Shown in pieces: positions 59,891-64,000 of a stretch of 64,000 nt of DNA. The position numbers were made by a program, and so were the translations under genes. The stretch spans positions 3,038,001-3,102,000 of the forward strand of contig OX337238.1 in NCBI GenBank assembly GCA_946965045.2, read 5' to 3'. The DNA comes from Epithemia pelagica (taxonomy: Eukaryota > Protista > Bacillariophyta). The first letter of the stretch is position 1, and each line of letters opens with the position of its first letter. The notes beneath the pieces are model-generated. The model was not told the DNA's origin, searched no databases, and worked only from the letters and a program-made list of their open reading frames with translations.

Positions 59891-62515
59891 GTATCTTTTT
59901 TTCTGCGGTCTGTTGCACGGAGTCCACAATCCCATGTCCGTTGTAGTACCCAATTGGTTGTGCGCATTGCATGGAATCAGCAATAGAAGATTTGTCGGGT
60001 AGCTCCTCGTTCTGGTCGCTCCTTGAGGTCGGTGTAGTTCTTTGTCATTGAAATTGAGGCTTTGTTCCCTGCTCTCACATATCCGACCGTCCATGTAGTG
60101 TGGTCCCCCGCCATGTCAGTGTACCAAACATTCCAGTAATCCATCAAATATGAATGTGATGGTTCCTTCGGCGGCAGCTACATTGGAAAATACCGAAGGT
60201 AGATTGGTCGTTCTGGAATCCGGTGCCAAGATTTTGGTTGTCACATAGGTCAAGAAGAACTCTTTCGACCTCTCAACCCATGAAGAAATGGGGAATCATC
60301 AAAAGCTTGAATCTGAGTGGTACAATGAATATTCTCATTGTCCAGATACTTTGTCTCTGCGTTATTCTTCATTCCTACGAGAATCCGTCCATCACATGCC
60401 GTCGTTGTGGTCGAGAAAGGTCTCCCAAAGAAAAAGATATCAATAGTGTCGATGGATGGACGAAAGATACGATGTGACTGAATCTTTTGTGGGACTGAGA
60501 TATGTACTCCAATGTGCTAAGGTTAAAAGAAGAAGAAATGACTCTTCCAAAAAAAATCAAAAATCGACTTCCACTGTCTTTGGTTGCTGTCAGCGACGAC
60601 CCGAGAAATGATGATTTCGACAAATATTGGGTGGTCCATGTTTCACTCCGTTCAATTCCGTGCATAGCGTTGACTCCTAGTTCCAGCTGAACGAGAACAC
60701 AGGATCATCGAAAACTTTCATGGCCTTGACTCCTAGGTCCAGTCGAACGAGAACAAACGACAAAGATTCCACCGTCCACGATGAAGTCGGATCATCGAAA
60801 ACTTTGACTATCAAAGAGCGATAGAAACAATCGGATGGATGTGTGTGGAACTGTTCTGAGAGCCACCAACCATCGCGCTCTCCCTCGAGGCTGAAGGCTT
60901 CCAAACGGAGATGTGGTGATGAAACACTAATCAGGGTCATATGATTGGGTTTGTTTCATCACAGCTAACTGAATATTGGTCCGTTCTCGTAGGGAAGGGA
61001 TCATATGGTCGAGCAAATTGTTTCTTTGTGGATGCGCATAGCGCATGTCGAAAGTCGAGAGGTTTTGTGAACAGACCAGTCGCGACATCGCTACCGACCC
61101 GTGAACTGCCGCGAGTGCCAAGATCAGCGTGTGACTGATACACGGCATTACAGGACTTTGGTCTTGATCGGATGCAAATTGGGTTGGCTCGCGCGAAAAC
61201 GTCGCGTCCAGATTTTTTGAAAAATGCCACGATCCACGATGATCTCGCCCCGATTCCAGATGCCGATGCGCTGCTTTCGACTTTCGACGTGACGAGACAA
61301 CAGCACACGCCATGCATGTGTGGTTCTACCTAGGTCAATTGATTCGCATCGATTCGAGCATCTCGACTGCAACAATTGGAATACTACATCCGTCGAACTC
61401 AGGAATAATTTGGTGGTATTGTTATACTGTGCATGTCGGTCCTTTGAGTTGTGTGATTGCGAGACATGGAGACAGAGGCAAAAGTGAAACAAGGATGACC
61501 TTTCATATTTGAATCATGACAACGAAAAGAACCATTCAGAGGTGGCTTCAGCACAGTCCAACACCACGACGACACTGACACTGCAACAATAACCACTGAT
61601 GGGTGGTATCATTAGATTGTTCGTCCTTTGAAGTTGTCCTGATCTTTACCACATCTTCACACAGTCTCAATAATCGCACATGAACAAGTGTCACTATCGG
61701 GATAGTTCCAGAATTCATGTCAAAATCGCTACAATGCCATGCTTCGTGGGTTGCGGGCCTTGGATTCAAAGTATTTGTCTAGAAACCATTTTCGGATATG
61801 GTTCAAGACTTCACGTGAAAACCGCCAACAAAGATCGCACCATGTCTCTGGAACAAAATTTCTTTCCATGTTGAACATGTCTCAGTTCTCTTCTTGTACG
61901 GAGGAATCTCTCGTCAGGATTGGACGGTGAACCTTCTACCATCTGCTTGCTTGCAAGATGGAACCAGGCACTTGTCAACAAACGAAATTCTTGTTTCTAT
62001 TCTCATTCACCACTGAACTCTGATGAATGCCGTGCTGAAGGGCAAGCGTTCCCTTCAAAACTTGATCTGTTGGTTGGTTGGTTCCTTCTTAGTGCAATGG
62101 ACCGCTCGAAAATTTTTTCATAGACACCACTTTCACCGCAAAGTCTTTGTGAGAACGGTTCCGTCAATTCAACGGGGCGGGGCGTCTTTCCATGTTGCAA
62201 AGATTGTTGCCTTGGCTGATATTGGTGGAAAGAGAGAGTCACCTGTCATCTATTCTCATTGATCAATGACGCATGTTCCTCGAAACGTGGAATCTCTGAT
62301 GAATGAATGGCCAGCAAAGGGCCAGCGTTCCCGTCAAAACTTGATCTGTTGTTTGTGGTTCCTTCTCCGTGGAAGGGACCGCTCAGAAAAATGGCTTCTT
62401 TCACCGGAAAGTCTCTGTAAGAAAATATTTCAATGGATATGATCAGATTCAGCAATCTCATAAAGCTTGAAGGATCAGATTGGACTCGGTTGAAACTTAT
62501 TGTTGGCTTTCTACA

Positions 62516-64000
62516 ATGTCGCGTTCCTCTCGTTCGCATTGATCCTTGTCGCCATACACAGTTGTTTCCCTGAAGTGGTGGCGGTCCGTCGCTGTGCTCT
62601 TAGCCTTGTTTGTTGTGGCACAAGGAAGCATTGTAAGAGACGAGGCAACCTTGTCGGATGACGAAGAGCCGCAGTGGAATGATCAAGAAATTCCGCCGCA
62701 TCTGGGTGGATGGCTTTACTATCATGCCTCGGTAGTAGTTGAGAATCTGGAAAATAAAGAGGATCAAACGATTGTTGTTTTGGGAGGACAGACAGAAGCT
62801 AAAGAAGGTACTGATTCCGTTATCTTGTTGGATATTGGACAGGAGGACACTAAACAATGGCGAGAGGGACCGAATATGAACGAAAAGAGACAAGAACATG
62901 CCGTTGTGGTCTGCAATGAATGGGTGTATGCCATTGGAGGGTAGGCTGGTCACCGTTTGGATACGATTGAATACATTGGAGTTGGGCATTTGTCGAAAAT
63001 TCCGATGGAAAGTAAACCAAAGCATTGGACAACACTTGATGCTCGCTTGTCCTCAACAAGAGTTGGATTGGCTGCGGCTGTCGTTCGTGATCGGTACATT
63101 GTCGTTGCCGGAGGTTACAATTCTGCTGGTGGTTCTTTGTCCACGGTTGATATCATTGACACGGAAGCAGAAGGTGGACCAGCTGTCACTTTAGGGCCAT
63201 CTTTGAGCGAAGCACGATGTAAACATGGAATGGCTGTCATTGGGAATCGTGTCTACGTTGTTGGTGGAGGCTACAGCTCTCCGAACACGTTGAGCTCGGT
63301 GGAATATTTGGAGTTTCGCACAAATGAGATCAATAGCGACGTGACCTTCTCCTCTTGGACTGTGGACCAGAATCTTGCTCTTGCCGAGCCACGGAACTAT
63401 CACAGTGTGTTGAGATTGGGATCGAGTCTTGTCGTGGTAGGAGGGGGTAGCAGATCGTCCCCGTTGAAGTCTGTAGAGGTCTTGAACACTAAAGACAGTG
63501 TGTCTTGGTACCTTCCAGAGATGATTAAACCACGGGATGGATGTTCCATGGTTGCAACATCCATTGGAATTGTTGTGATTGGTGGAAACTGGAAAGCCTC
63601 GGCCTCTTCGGAGATACTTCCCCTTATTACAAAACAACAACAGCTCAAGGTATGGCAAATATTCACATTATTGAAACATATTTTGAATGAATCACTCTTA
63701 TACTCATTTGTTGTTTTCATGTTCCGTGTTTCAGAACATGTACTCTTGCCGAGCCGAACTTGATGAGGAAATAAAGAAACTAGAGGCCGCAATTCAACGG
63801 GCCAAGAGTGAATACGTGGATGTAGAGGTATTGAACGCGGGTGCGAATGCTGAGAAACTGCTTCCGATTTTACAATCTCTTTGTGATGAACCGAAATTTC
63901 GCTCAGTGCAAGACCTTCAACAAGAAATTGAAAAGCTCAATGCTACTGTGACCAACATGAATGAGATTCAAGACAGGATTCTCATTGCTCAACGAATCAA
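62516..64000 (+). pseudogene. Kelch gene K9 with two in-frame stops; exon 2 runs off the window
   Basis: TGA at 62540-62542 (CGA in K6) and TAG at 62942-62944. Intron 63650-63734. Exon 2 NMYSCRAELDEE is nearly identical to that of K6. Confidence 0.8.

Noticed and set aside
60670-60810. Short interleaved direct repeats (tgactcctag.tccag..gaacgagaaca; ggatcatcgaaaacttt)
   Set aside because: Two copies each in degenerate intergenic DNA; most likely local slippage with no evidence of function.
47964-62944. Stop-codon reassignment or selenocysteine in the Kelch genes
   Set aside because: TAA, TAG and TGA all occur, they replace different residues, and all three also end normal genes in this window.

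Overview
Eukaryotic nuclear DNA with short GT-AG introns (about 70-170 nt); most likely a pennate diatom, inferred from intron style and gene families. The window is a paralog-rich accessory region. It holds two giant SecA-like SF2 ATPase + J-domain genes (one with an N-terminal GTPase, the other with a TM segment), two BTB-like genes, two DUF2828/vWA genes in inverted orientation, and an alpha2-delta-like vWA/Cache gene plus a vWA-less mini paralog. It also holds nine Kelch-propeller genes or pseudogenes, a subtilase, a Crinkler-like nuclease+kinase gene and a complete PIF/Harbinger transposon (26-bp TIRs, CTG target duplication). The strongest hidden signal is a frame-split gene at 40915-42194 (-) that reads as a membrane-anchored cupin with DddL/DddQ-type DMSP-lyase motifs. 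No rRNA, tRNA or CRISPR array was seen. All domain calls are from motif reading by eye, not from database searches.
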